NCBI GenBank assembly: GCA_964247055.1
Contig: OZ176050.1
Location: 13,268,001 to 13,332,000 of the forward strand
Direction of reading: 5' to 3'
Origin: Paragordius varius
Taxonomy: Eukaryota; Animalia; Nematomorpha
Length of the DNA stretch: 64,000 nucleotides
Positions 38,401 through 52,099 of this stretch are shown here, piece by piece. The notes beneath the pieces are model-generated. The model saw only the letters and a list, made by a program, of their open reading frames with translations, was not told the origin of the DNA and searched no databases. A program made the position numbers and the translations under genes. Positions within the stretch are counted from its first letter, which is position 1, and every line of letters begins with the position of its first letter.

Positions 38401-41400
38401 TTGCATTAATATATTTGGTTAGATAAAGGGATGAAGGCAAAAAAAATTTACATTCATCAAAAAAATGCTTGAAATACCTTTATAATATTTTTCTTATAAT
38501 TTTTCTATTTATCGTTTTATTTGAAGTATATTACATATAATCATAATTCTTTTTCCTCAGTTTTAAATATGCGTACTTTATTTTTTTATATCTAAATACA
38601 CCAGACTAAATTTAAGTTAGGATTTTTACAAAACTACTGAAGGAAAAGTCCCAATTTAAATTTATGCTTCTATCCTAATTAAAATTTATAAATATGCCAA
38701 AATATCTAAATAAAATTTTGTTTTGAAAAAAAAGTTCCATGTCAAACTACTTCGACGCCATTTTTATTTTACAATTTGCAAAATATCGTCATTTAATTTT
38801 GAGGGCGAAATTAAAGCTAATTTTTAAATTACATCTAACATTGATAGAACTAGAAAAACAATTTATTTTGTATTTTTTAATTTTACCATTTCACACATGT
38901 CACGTCAACGTTTTTACCTTTAGGTTTGGCTTAAAATAAGTAATATCAAGTATTTTTGAATAAGTTTTTTTATTTTTTTCAATTTGTTAATGTTATAAAT
39001 GTGCATATTTTTGTCATGGTTTCAATATCTTCCATTTTTTTGAATTATTTAATTTTGAACAGGGCTGGGGTATCGAACCCCAATTTGAATCCAAGGACTG
39101 AAATGAATGTGTTGGTATTTGCAACATTTAAATCGAGGTGTTAAATCGCTATTACAACAGACAATAAATGTATCTTATTGTTAAAAATGTTAATAAATAA
39201 TTTTAAAAAGCATTCTGGTTACATTTTACGGACAAAAACTTGAATAATTTGAATTTAATATCAGCTGTTTATTTCAATCTCGTTTTGAATGCTGTCCCTA
39301 TTAAAACTCTAATAGTCTCAAAACTGTAAAATAAGGTTTTAATTGTAAATAAACTACATTTTTAAATGTTAGTTTAAAATTTCAATTATCAAACATTGTT
39401 CTCATATAGCTCTGGAATATAAAACTATCCTAAAAAGTTAACTAGGACGAAAAAGTGAAAACGTATATGTCATGCAGGCTAGATTTTTACTTTCAGGTTT
39501 GTCCATAAAATAAGTGATATCAAGTTTTTTTAAATGATCTTGTTTAACTTCTATGCATCAATGTTATATAAGTGCAAACTTTTGCAATGGTTTTAATTTG
39601 TTCCATTTTTTAAGAAATATTTGATTATAAAAAGGCCCGGGGCTCCCATAGACCCCAATTTGAATTGAGGATTAATATAAAAGTGTTGTACCAAATGTTA
39701 AGATAACCTGTTCATGTTAGACGGGTCCAAAAATATGATAAGACTTCGGAACCCACATTTAAAATTTAAAATTTTACAAAGAGATTGTTTTGTTTAAATA
39801 GGGTATGATTTTAGTGGATACTTTTAGGTAGAGCATTTGCCTTCGGCATAAAACATCTATTTAGCAAAATCTGCGCAAATTTTGCCATTTGATATGGACC
39901 AAATACCACAGCAGTTGTAAATTTCATATTTCTCTCGTAATCAACACCAAAAACTGTAGGAGAAGGATGATACATTTAATTCTTAGAATTACATATTTCA
40001 ACAGGATATTTTTTAAGAGCAAACGTTATGTTAAAATCATTTTCGATGAAAGTAAAATGCTTCATTCCAAAAAATATCATTAATTTATATCACATTCTTT
40101 ATATATTATCAAAAACAGTTTTTCAATACAATGATATAGGAATAAATATATATTCAAAACTTTGTTATTAACATCTATTCTGCCGGAGAAATGAAATAAA
40201 CACTTTTGTGTAAAAATAATCAGCCAAATTTTGAGGGTAAAAAACGTTTTAAATGAAATTGTGCAATTAAATAAAAAAGTCTTTCAAATATTATTTATGC
40301 AGGCCTATTTAGAATGATACCACCAATGTAGTTTACATCCATTTTGGAATTATAAAACTGGTTTCTGGGGTTTTATAATTTGCATATAATTGAATTCATG
40401 AAAATCAAAAGTTATTTTCAAAAACCGCGCCTTATTAAATGACAAATGGTAATTTTTTGCATTTTCTCTTTAATGGACTTTGAAGTCCCATTCACATAGT
40501 TTTAGGATGATGATATTTTCTATTTATAAAATCTTTTATACGCCTAATAACAAATAAAGTCAAGATGACTGTTTTTATTAGGCAAATAATATTTCCATCT
40601 AATAATTTAGCTGAAAAGATTTTCTAGATTCGAGCAATTATGGAAGGATATTTTTTTGATTTTCGTAAATATTGCAATAATTTTTTTGAGTGTGGTGTAG
40701 TCTAGTAGGAGGAAATCTTAAATTTTGCACACTTTATATAAAGGGAAAAGCATTAAGGGCCGATTTATAAGAACCGTTTATTTGCTTTTAAATTTAGTCT
40801 TTCAAAAAGCAAATTTTTAGACTAAATTTCTAAAGAAAAAACAAAATTTAAAACAGGGGCTAGTTAGGGGTCAACAAACTTTAAAAATATTTTAAAGCGT
40901 TTTTATTTGATTTTTTTTATTTTTTATTTTTAACCAAATATTTTATCAAAATGTTATCAATAAATTTTTGAACCGAAACTTTATTTGGAATTTAATTAAA
41001 TAATTATCAATAATTTTCCATGATTTTTGTGATTAATTATTTTTTAGAAAAGTTTTAATTATTATAAAATTAATATTAAGTTTGATTGGTTGAAAAGTGG
41101 TTAAATTTGATCGAAAATATATATGATTATATTTCCGGATATTACCTCACATTGCTGTTTTTTTTCAGATAAAGTATCGCTTAATAGAAAAACTCTCTAG
41201 CTCTTTCTATACATTCATGATATTATTGATAAATGATTGAATAGGTTTCCCAATTAGCTGTAAAATCGTGTTTTAAGTTTTTTCTAAAAACATTTTTGTT
41301 TTTACATATGGCATTTAACTGACGAAGGGGAAAGGAATTGCGCTTTGCGCATTCATAGATTAAATATATGGAATAATAATTAAATTTGAACATTTAAGTA

Positions 41401-41429
41401 ACAAAATTTTTATATAAAAAAAATCAAAT

Positions 41430-42401
41430 TTATTGTCCATGTAAATTAAGGTAAATAAGGGTAAGCCAATTCATGACTAAAACTAGTATCTCCATTTCTA
41501 ACATCCAATGCACAATAACATAAAATAAATGATAAATTAGATAATGGTAATCCATATGACAAATTATATAACTCAATAAAACTCCATAAATTTGGATCGA
41601 AGAATTTGATCCCACAGCCATACAGTTATAATAATATGGTTTTATAAATTTTAAAACTTGACTTTCATGCTTGAAAAAATGTCGGAGTTTTTGCACATAG
41701 CAAAACGCAAATAGCGCAATAAATACCAAGTAGGTATAGAAAGCGTATATTTGCAAACCTGACACCATTAAAGAAGCAATCCAAAAAACGCTTATACGAT
41801 CCTTATTCCTGGGCTCAAGAGATATATCTAGGTCGAAAAAGATATATGGGGCCGAAACCAGGATGGTGAAAAAAATGGCTAAAACAATTATATATTTTGA
41901 CGTAGAATTCAATCTATACATGCATGGAGACCGGATGCGCAAAATATCATCGATAACCAGGATGTTTGGCAGCACCCATTGATTCATATAGGCAGCTAGA
42001 CTAGCAAATGTCCAATATGAGATGAAATCATTCTTTATGATCATCAACGTCGAGGGAAACGATTCAAACACAATGATCGCATAGATAATTGTGTAGCAAA
42101 CAAGTAACAAATGTAATATTTTATACCTTGTATGGTATAAAAAACGTTCATTTTTATCATCTCCCTCATCATAGTAGCACGATTCTGATGTTGTGTTTTG
42201 ATAATTGGTATAATCATTATTGTAGGGAAGGCCATATGATGAAAGAATATTTTTGGATTTTCTCACTTGAGAATCGGATGAATGTATTAGGAATATTTTG
42301 ACAAAATTACGGGCAATACGTTTCACGGGTTCCGATACAAAGAATATGATGTTTGCAAAAAATGTAATATGGTACAAAAAATTAGTTAAATTATAATCCA
42401 T
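41430..42401 (-). CDS. 7TM/GPCR-like membrane protein, copy 2 (323 aa)
   Basis: Intact ORF. Differs from the other copies mainly at IIKNDFISYW and FDLDISLEPRNKDRIS, with an in-frame one-codon deletion. Confidence 0.8.
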   Translation of the reverse strand: MDYNLTNFLYHITFFANIIFFVSEPVKRIARNFVKIFLIHSSDSQVRKSKNILSSYGLPYNNDYTNYQNTTSESCYYDEGDDKNERFLYHTRYKILHLLLVCYTIIYAIIVFESFPSTLMIIKNDFISYWTFASLAAYMNQWVLPNILVIDDILRIRSPCMYRLNSTSKYIIVLAIFFTILVSAPYIFFDLDISLEPRNKDRISVFWIASLMVSGLQIYAFYTYLVFIALFAFCYVQKLRHFFKHESQVLKFIKPYYYNCMAVGSNSSIQIYGVLLSYIICHMDYHYLIYHLFYVIVHWMLEMEILVLVMNWLTLIYLNLHGQ

Positions 42402-43014
42402 ATTTGTACTATTCCTTATAGTAGTTAGTTTATGAGAATAATTATCAGTTCATGAAAAATTTTAGAAGAAAGCGTATCACATAGCATTGTCATCAAAAAT
42501 TAAATCAATGTTGTTCTTTTTATAAAGTCATGTATAATTAATAACTTTCGTTTATTTTACGAATTTATTGTCAAGTCGCCATTCCAACATATACACTTTT
42601 GTAATTCGTAGCACCCATATAAATCTTATATATAAATATATATATTCAAAGAGGAAAGCTCTATTATTAATAATTCATAGATGTCTATGGATTCCTTGAA
42701 TTTAACATATCATTACATTAAGTATATTAATAAATATTAAAAATGGAAAGTTATTTCGTTAAATATTTATATGTTAGATGTCGCATGCAATTTATCCCTT
42801 CAACTTGCATTTTTTATATAAATATGCTTGTGACCACGCCACAAGAAATCTCTCTAATTTTAAATTATGGATGTTTTTAAACAAATTAATTTTTTAAAAA
42901 AGTCAGATGGGCTTTCAGGCTTCAATTAAGCCAAAAAATCTCGAGGAATCAAAACTTAAAGACCCAAAACCAGATAATAAAATTTACCAACTGTAAATCA
43001 ATACTCCGAAATCC

Positions 43015-44527
43015 TTAGATTTATACTTCATAGGTTTTACCGGTCTTTTAGTAAAAAATGTAAGTTTTAAAAATTTATTATGTATATTATTTAATAAATT
43101 GTCCATCCGTTCCAAACATTTTGCCCGTTTCTCAGGTAGTATATGAATGTCGTGCCAAATTTATTTTCTTATACAGAAAACCATTCTTCAGATAATTTCT
43201 TACGTCTTTGGACTTATAGAAGAGTTTCTGCTCTACTGTGCCCCATTGATGCAAAGTTGTATTAGGATGGCGCCGGATGAGGATAGTTCAGTAGATATTG
43301 AAAAATTTCCTATTAAAGCGATCTTAAGATGTCTATCACTAGTTTTGCTGGAGATGAAGCAGTTTCATATAGCAAAATCACTTTGCCCGGGTTATTTTTC
43401 GTAATTAGTTGATAGCGATAGTGTTTATTAACAAATTCACGGGGCCTCAATCGCTTTTATCCCCCAGACACAGATCATGATTTCTTGCCGAAGCGATTTG
43501 GCATTGGTCGGGAATGACTAGGGTTGTGATTTTGACCCCTTTTTCAAAAAAGGGGGTCAGACCTAGGTCATACCATATGTTATTGCCAATAATAAATAAC
43601 TACATACATAAATACTTGATTAAATTACATAAAAAAGGTTTTTACATAAAGTATATAATTTTTTAAAAGTATACTTTCACCAATACTGATAAAATTTATA
43701 AAATTAACTCATGGAATTATACATAAAGACCATAGAAAGTTTTAAATCACAGAAAGATAAGACTAACAATTTGGAATTTATTGAAACCTATTTATGCTTT
43801 AATTATTTTAAACTATGAATGAAATCCGAAAATGTTTATTTTCAACTATGTTAAGAGTTGAGGATGTAGAAATAAATAGACACAGATCATGATTTCTTGC
43901 CGAAGCGATTTGGCATTGTCGGGAATGACACACTTGGCAAGGTAATAGTCACAACTTTTCCCTTTGGATTTACAAATAGAGCCATTTTTCATCACCCGTC
44001 CCAATTTGGTGCAAAAAGGATATCTTTTCGTGACTTTGAACTATTTTCGATTTGATGTTCATTCAAATGGTGTAGGTACCGAGTTTATTGGTCTTCCCCA
44101 TTGCTCGTAAACATCTAATAAATTGTTTTTTTGTAGCACATGTAATGCTCCTGCCAATTACCATTAAGTTGTTGGGTCATCATTTAAATACCTTTGCATT
44201 CGATTGTCTTCGTAGTTGTGCGGTCTACCTGAGCGCCCACATTCTTTAGCAAGATTACATAACTTTTGAGATTTTAAACCATGTTTTACATCTGTTAATT
44301 GATAGAGTATGTCCACAGGTTTCTGCCAGCAAACTATAACTTACAGCTGCTTTTTCTTCTAATGGCAATGCGTGCTGCAATTTATTTCAGGCGCAATTGA
44401 CATAATCACTGAATGATAAAAGTAAAGATACTAGTTTATGATGAACTCAAATTGTAAGTGTGTAAATTAATCGTCTGTGTACTGCTGACGTCTCTTAGTT
44501 AAACCAGTAAAAACTAAATGCACCTAG
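43015..44527 (-). mobile_element. Degenerate mariner copy in unit 2, containing a 359-bp insertion
   Basis: Collinear with the unit 1 and unit 3 mariner relics apart from 43519-43929. Confidence 0.8.
43519..43877. mobile_element. 359-bp insertion starting TAGGGTTG, flanked by a 52-53-bp direct duplication
   Basis: agacacagatcatgatttcttgccgaagcgatttggcattg(g)tcgggaatgac at 43466-43518 and 43878-43929. Hairpin tgacccc...ggggtca at 43533-43559. Confidence 0.65.
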
Positions 44528-45548
44528 TAAAAAGCGTTGAACCGGTGATATTTGACAAAAAAATTGAGCCGGATATAAATTATAAAAGCCGTTTATTAAA
44601 CGGTTATTTTTAATAGTTAATTTTTTTATCAGATTTAGTATTCTATTTCAGATTTATTGACACAGTAATTTCATTATACCACCTTAAGTTTTATAGATGA
44701 AGAGAAAAGAATAAAAGCTTTTGAAATGTTCTGATGGAAGAAAATACATGTTATAACATGGAAGGACAAAATGAAAAACATCGATGGTGCAAACAAAATC
44801 AACACACAAACAACTGTTAAATTTGGATGTTTTTTATATTAAAAAAAAATTGTAATAAATATATACTCAGAATAAAGTAGACTTTTCGCGATTCGGTCGA
44901 AATCGTCTGCCTTTTGGATATGAGAAGAACACACCAAAACCATCAAATACATTTTATATACTTTTACTTTAGGGTTATGGATGATTCCTTATTGGTAAAG
45001 AGTGCAATCCAAAGAGGCTTATTACCCTGATGAAGTTTTTCGATACTCGGAAATGAATTCTTTTTTAATAAAGTTGAGTCACCCGTAAAACTTCAGTTGT
45101 TTAGGGGAACAGTATCTATGCCACAGGAAAATCAAAGATAAGTACCATTTTCTACTAAATTCTATTTTTTATAATCTTTTAACCATATATTCTTATGAAT
45201 TTTATTTGGGTTATCGTCTGCTCGGTTAAATCATTATTGTTTTTTGTCGTTAACGTTTCATTTAATTAAAACTATTGTCGCATATCAACAACTCAATTAT
45301 TATCAAACCTCTGTTTCAAAAATCAAACAATAATGTTCTTTCCAAAGCGCAGGTTATGTACGGTATTTTTTTTTAATTCCTTTTTTTCCTAATAAGCAAA
45401 TTTAATAACACTAACTTACAGTAAAAAATTAAATCACAATAATATTTTATATACATACATATATATACAAACATTTGCAATCATAAAAAGTTTTATTAGA
45501 AAAGTTTTAAAAGGTTTTTTCCAAATACTTATATAGCTCACGGTACTC

Positions 45549-45884
45549 CAAACAAAATGGACAGACAAAGTTTCAAACACCACCATTCTAAATAAAATAA
45601 ACCCAGAAATGTCACTCCTTGGCAGCTTAACACGGCAAAAACTCTCCTTCTTCGGGCACATCATGAGATCCAGCTCACTCGAAAAATCACTGATGCTGGG
45701 GAAAGTGAGTGGTGCCCGAAAAAGAGGGAGAAGACGAACTCGTTGGAGGGATAACATCCTTAAAGAAACCAACCTATCCTTATCCGACCTAAACACCAAA
45801 ACCGGAAATCGAAATGAATGGAGAAGCTATATTTTCAATGTTGCAATTAGTCGGAATCGACTTTAGCAAACAACAACAACAACA
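45549..45884 (+). mobile_element. Young 5'-truncated RTE/BovB-like LINE insertion with a (CAA)n tail
   Basis: Open frame QKLSFFGHIMRSSSLEKSLMLGKVSGARKRGRRRTRWRDNI..NRNEWR..VAISRNRL* followed by caacaacaacaacaac. Flanked by ACTC on both sides. The empty paralogous site is at ~59310-59325. Confidence 0.92.
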
Positions 45885-47998
45885 ACTCTGACAATTGGTT
45901 CACCAATTGTACAAAGGGGTGTACCCCGTGCTATTGTCATTGTCACTGTTAAATTTGTTTATTTATTGGAATATAAAACTATTCTAAAAGGTTAACTAGG
46001 GAAAAGTGAAAAGGTATGTCATGCAGGCTAGGTTCTTACTTTCGGGTTTATCCATAAAATAAGTGATATCAAGCTTTTTTAAAATGATCTTTTTATATAT
46101 TTCTGTGCATCAATGTTATATAATAGCAAACTTTTACAATAGTTTTAATTTGTTCCATATTTTGAAATAATTAATATAAAAAAGGACCGGGTTTCCCATA
46201 GACCCCAATTTGAATTGGAGGACTGATATGAAAGTGTTGTACCATGTGTTAAGAAACATGCCCATTTTAGACGGGTATAAAATATTAGATCCAAAACCCT
46301 GATTTAACATTTAAAATTTTGTAAAGAGATTGTTTTGTTTAAATAGGGTATGATGTGATACTTTTTGGAATAAAGCAGTCTTCGGCAAAAAATTTTTATA
46401 TTGCAAAATCTGCTCAAATTTTGCCATTTTCTGTTATGAACCAATTACCACAAAAGCAATTATATTCTTATTTCTTTTCGTAATCAAAACCAAAAACTGT
46501 AGGAGAAGGATGATACATTTAATTCTTAGAATTACATATTTCAACAGGATATTTTTTAAGAGCAAACGTTATGTTAAAATCATTTTTGATGAACGTAAAA
46601 TGCTTCATTCCAAAAAATATCATTAATTTATATCACATTCTTTATATATTATCAAAAACAGTTATTCAATACAATGATATAGGAATAAATATATACTCAA
46701 AACTTTTTTATTAACATCTATTCTGCCGGAGAAGTGAAATAAACACTTTTGTGTAAAAATAATCAGCCAAATTTTGAGGGTAAAAAACGTTTTAAATGAA
46801 ATTGTGCAATTAAGTAAAAAAGTCTTTCAAATATTATTTATGCAGGCCTATTTAGGTTAATGATACCACCAATGTAGTTTACATCCATTTTGAAATTATA
46901 AAACTGGTTTCTGGGGTTTTATAATTTGCATATAATTGAATTCATGAAAATCAAAAGTTATTTTCAAAAACCGCGCCTTATTAAATGACAAATGGTAATT
47001 TTTTGCATTTTCTCTTTAATGGACTTTGAAGTACCATTCACATAGTTTTAGGATGATGATATTTTCTATTTATAAAATCTTTTATACGCCTAATAACAAA
47101 TAAAGTCAAGATGACTGTTTTTATTAGGCAAATTATATTTCCATCTAATAATTTAGCTGAAAAGATTTTCTAGATTCGAGCAATTATGGAAGGATATTTT
47201 TTTGATTTTCGTAAATATTGCAATAATTTTTTTGAGTGTGGTGTAGTCTAGTAGGAGGAAATCTTAAATTTTGCACACTTTATATAAAGGGAAAAGCATT
47301 AAGGGCCGATTTATAAGAACCGTTTATTTGCTTTTAAATTTAGTCTTTCAAAAAGCAAATTTTTAGACTAAATTTCTAAAGAAAAAAACAAAATTTAAAA
47401 CAGGGGCTAATTAGGGGTCAACAAACTTTAAAAATATTTTAAAGCGTTTTTATTTGATTTTTTTTATTTTTTATTTTTAACCAAATATTTTATCAAAATG
47501 TTATCAATAAATTTTTGAACCGAAACTTTATTTGGAATTTAATTAAATAATTATCAATAATTTTCCATGATTTTTGTGATTAATTATTTTTTAGAAAAGT
47601 TTTAATTATTATAAAATTAATATTAAGTTTGATACGTTAAAAAGTGGTTAAATTTGATCGAAAATATATATGATTATATTTCCGGATATTACCTCACATT
47701 GCTGTTTTTTTTTTTCAAATAACCCTAATTTCAGATAAAGTATCGCTTAATAGAAAAACTCTCTAGCTCTCTCTGTACATTCATGATATTATTGATAAAT
47801 GATTGAATAGGTTTCCCAATTAGATGTAAAAAAAATCGTGTTTTAAGTTTTTTTCAAAATATTTTTATTTTTACATATGGCACTTAACTGAGGAAGGGGA
47901 TATTACACTTTGCGCATTCATAGATTAAATATATGGAATAATAATTAAATTTGAACATTTAGGTAACAAAATTTTTATATTAAAAAAAACCAACAGAT

Positions 47999-48973
47999 TT
48001 ATGGTCCATGTAAATCAAGGTAAATAAGGGTAAGCCAATTCATGACTAAAACTAGTATCTCCATTTCTAACATCCGATGCACAATAACATAAAATAAATG
48101 ATAAATTACATAATGATAATCCATATGACAAATTATATAACTCAATAAAACTCCATAAATTTGGATTGAAGAATTTGATCCGACAGCCATACAGTTATAA
48201 TAATATGGTTGTATAAATTTTGACACTTGATTTTCATGCTTGAAAAATTGTCGGAGTTTTTGCACATAGCAAAACGCAAATAGCGCAATAAATACCAAGT
48301 AAGTATAGAAAGCGTATCTTTGCAAACCTGACAACATTAAAGAAGCAATCCAAAAAACGCTTATACGCCCGCTATCTCTGGCGGGCTCAGTTGATTTATC
48401 TTCCACGAAAAATATATATGGGGCCGATACCAGGATGGTGAAAAAAATGGCTAAAATAATTATTAACTTTGACGTAGAATTCAATCTATACATGCATGGT
48501 GACCTGATGCGCAAAATATCATCGATTACAAGGATGTTTGGAAGCACCCATTGATTCATATAGGCGACTAGACTGGCAAATGTCCAATATGAGCTGAAAC
48601 CCTCTTTTAAGATCATCAACGTCGAGGGAAACGATTCAAACACAATGATCGCATAGATAATTGTGTAGCAAACAAGTAACACGCGTAATATTTTATACCT
48701 TGTATGGTATAAAAAACGTTCATTTTTATCATCTCCCTCATCATAGTAGCACGATTCTGATGTTGTGTTTTTATAAATGGTATAATCGTTATTGTAGGGA
48801 AGGCCATATGATGAAAGAATATTTTTGGATTTTCTCACTTGAGAATCGGATGAATGTATTAGGAATATTTTGACAAAATTACGTACAATACATTTCACGG
48901 GTTCCGATACAAAGAATATGATGTTTGCAAAAAATGTAATATGGTACAAAAAATTAGTTAAATTATAATCCAT
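47999..48973 (-). CDS. 7TM/GPCR-like membrane protein, copy 3 (324 aa)
   Basis: Intact ORF, collinear with copy 1; private changes include W300R near the last helix and C-terminal DLHGP. Confidence 0.8.
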   Translation of the reverse strand: MDYNLTNFLYHITFFANIIFFVSEPVKCIVRNFVKIFLIHSSDSQVRKSKNILSSYGLPYNNDYTIYKNTTSESCYYDEGDDKNERFLYHTRYKILRVLLVCYTIIYAIIVFESFPSTLMILKEGFSSYWTFASLVAYMNQWVLPNILVIDDILRIRSPCMYRLNSTSKLIIILAIFFTILVSAPYIFFVEDKSTEPARDSGRISVFWIASLMLSGLQRYAFYTYLVFIALFAFCYVQKLRQFFKHENQVSKFIQPYYYNCMAVGSNSSIQIYGVLLSYIICHMDYHYVIYHLFYVIVHRMLEMEILVLVMNWLTLIYLDLHGP

Positions 48974-49594
48974 AATTGTACTATTCCTTATAGTAGTTAG
49001 TTTATAAGAATAATTATCAGTTTATGAAAAATTTTAGAAGAAAGCGTATCACATAGCATTGTCATCAAAAATTAAATCAATGTTGTTCTTTTTATAAAGT
49101 CATCAATAATTAATAATTTTCGTTTATTTTACAAATTTATTGTCAAGTCGCCATTCCAACATATACACTTTTGTAATTCGTAGCACCCATATAAATCTTA
49201 TATATAAATATATATATTCAAAGAGGAAAGCTCTATTATTAATAATTCATAGATGTCTATGGATTCCTTGAATTTAACATATCATTACATTAAGTATATT
49301 AATAAATATTAAAAATGGAAACTTATTTCGTTAAATATTTATGTGTTAGATGTCGCATGCAATTTATCCCTTTAACTTGCATTTTTTATATAAAAATGCT
49401 TGTGACCACACCACAAGAAATCTATCTAAATTAAATTTTGGATGTTTTTAAACAAAATACTAAATTAATTTTTTAAAAAGGTTAGATGGGCTTTAAGGCT
49501 TCAATTTAGCCAAAACATCTGGAGGGATCAAAACTTAAAGACCCAAAACCAGATAATAAAATTTATCAACTGTAAATCAATTCACCGAAATCCT

Positions 49595-50670
49595 TAGATA
49601 TATATTAGTAAAAAATGTAAGTTTTAAAAATTTATTATGTATATTATTTAATAAATTGTCCATCCGTTCCAAACATTTTGCCCGTTTCTCGGGTAGTATA
49701 TGAATGTCGTGCCAAATTTATTTTCTTATGCAGAAAACCATTCTTAGATAATATCTTACGTCTTTGGAATTATCAAAGTGTTGCTGTAGGGTGCCCCACT
49801 GATGCAAAATTGTGTTAATCAGATGGAGCCAGATGAGGAGAGCTCAGTGAATACTGAAATTTGTTTTTATCAAAACGATTAGGTGTCTTTCACCGGTTTT
49901 GCTGTGTGAGATGAAGCAGTTTCATATAGCAAAATGACTTTGCCCGGTTGTTTTTCGATCAATACATGGTTTTAATTACGCATTTGTTAGCGATAGTGTT
50001 GTATTAACAATTTCACGGGGCCTCAGCCGCTTTAGTCTCGCCAGACACAGTGCATGATTTCTTGCCGATTTGACATTGGTGTTGATTGACACACTTGGCA
50101 AGGTAATAGTCACGATTTGTCCGCTTTAGTTAACAATCACCCGTCCCAATTTGGTGCAAAAAGGATATCTTTTCGTGACTTTGAACTATTTTCGATTTGA
50201 TGTTCATTCAAATGGTGTAGGTACCGAGTTTATTGGTCTTCCCCATTGCTCGTAAACATCTAATAATTGTTTTTTTGTAGCACATGTAATGCTCCTGCCA
50301 ATTACCATTAAGTTGTTGGGTCATCATTTAATTACCTTTGCATTTGATCGGCTTCGTAGTTGTGCGGTCTACCTGAGCGCCCACATTCTTTCGCAAGATA
50401 TCATAACTTTAGAGATTTTAAACCATGTTTCACATCTGTTAATCAAAATATGTTCACCACAGGTTTCTGCCAGCAAACGATAACTTACAGCTGCTTTTTC
50501 TTCTAATGGCAATGCGTGCTGCAATTTCTTTTTCAGGCGCAATTGACATAATTAATGAATGATAAAAGTAAAGATACTAGTTATGAACTCAAATTATAAG
50601 TGTGTAAATTAATCGTCTGTGTACTGCTAACGTCTTCTCTTAGTTAAACCAGTACCTACATATAAATAGG
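49595..50670 (-). mobile_element. Degenerate mariner copy in unit 3
   Basis: Near-identical to the unit 1 relic. Confidence 0.8.
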
Positions 50671-50829
50671 TAAAAAGCATTGAATCGGTTATATTTTACA
50701 AAAATTGAGCCGGATATAAATTATAACGTTTATTAAACGGTTATTTTTGAATTAAATTTTTTTAAATTAGATTTAGTATTCTATTTCAGATTCGACACAT
50801 TATTTTTATTATACCACCTTAAGTTTTAA

Positions 50830-51420
50830 AGTTGAAGAGAAAAGAATAAAAGCTTTTGAAATGTTCTGATGGAAGAAAATACATGGTATAACATGGAAGG
50901 ACAAAGGGAAAAATATCGATGTTGCAAACAAAATCAACACACAAACAACTGTTAAATTTGTTTATTTTGGACATATGATTTGAGGTTATTCTTTGGAAAA
51001 GGATATAATGTTAGGAAAACTAAATGGCAAGAGAATATGCTGAAGATGCATTGGCTGAATGTTTGAAATTTTATCACTTTCTATAAATCCCTGCAAAAAC
51101 TATCTCTAAAAGCCCATGTTAGAAGCGTACCTTGCATTTCTGGCGCCCAGTGCTTGAATCTGCGATGGCGCCCCATCCCCTCCATGCAACCCCTTGCATT
51201 TTAAAAAATAATCAAATTCAAACAGTACTCATAAATGGGTGATTTTTAATGTATTATTTAAAATAGTAACATTTAAATATTTATTTGGTTATAATCTGGC
51301 GCCCTTCAACTAAGGAGCCTGGTGAATTAAACCCCTCCCTTCCATTTGTTACGCCACTGCATGATAGAACCGACTGGAGGAAGTTTTGTAAGAAAGTGAT
51401 AAAGGTATATAATGAAAATC
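50830..51420 (+). mobile_element. RTE 3' relic with MITE C insertion (51123-51359)
   Basis: Paralogous to 37795-38400, with the same insertion point. Confidence 0.72.
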
Positions 51421-52099
51421 CAACGAAACAAGTTTTTTGCATTAATATATTTGGTTAGATAAAGGGATGAAGGCAAAAAAAATTTACATTCATTCAAAAA
51501 ATTCTCGAAATACCTTTATAATATTTTTCTTATAATTTTTATATTTATCATTTTATTTGTAGTATATTACATATAATCATAATTCTTATTCCTCAGTTTT
51601 AAATATGCGTACTTTATTTTTTAAAATCTAAATACACCAGACTAAATTTAAGTTAGGATTTTTACAAAACTACTGAAGGAAACAGTCCCAATTTAAATTT
51701 ATGCTTCTATCCTAATTAAAATTTATAAATATGCCAAAATATCTAAATAAAATTTTGTTATGAAAAAAAAGATCCATGTCAAACTACTTCGACGCCATTT
51801 TTATTTTACAATTTGCAAAATATCGTCATTTAATTTTGAGGGCGAATTAAAGCTAATTTTTAAATTACATCTAACATTGATAGAACTAGAAAAACAATTT
51901 ATTTTGTATTATTTTTTAATTTTACCATTTCACACATGTCACGTCAACTTTTTTACCTTTAGGTTTGGCTTAAAATAAGTTATATAAAGTATTTTTAAAT
52001 AAGTTTTTTTATTTTCAATTTGTTAATGTTATAAATGTGCATATTTTTGTCATGGTTTCAACATCTTCCATTTTTTTGAATTATTTAATTTTGGACAGG

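Noticed and set aside
45434-45799. 121-aa minus-strand ORF
   Set aside because: Antisense shadow of the RTE insertion running into flanking DNA.
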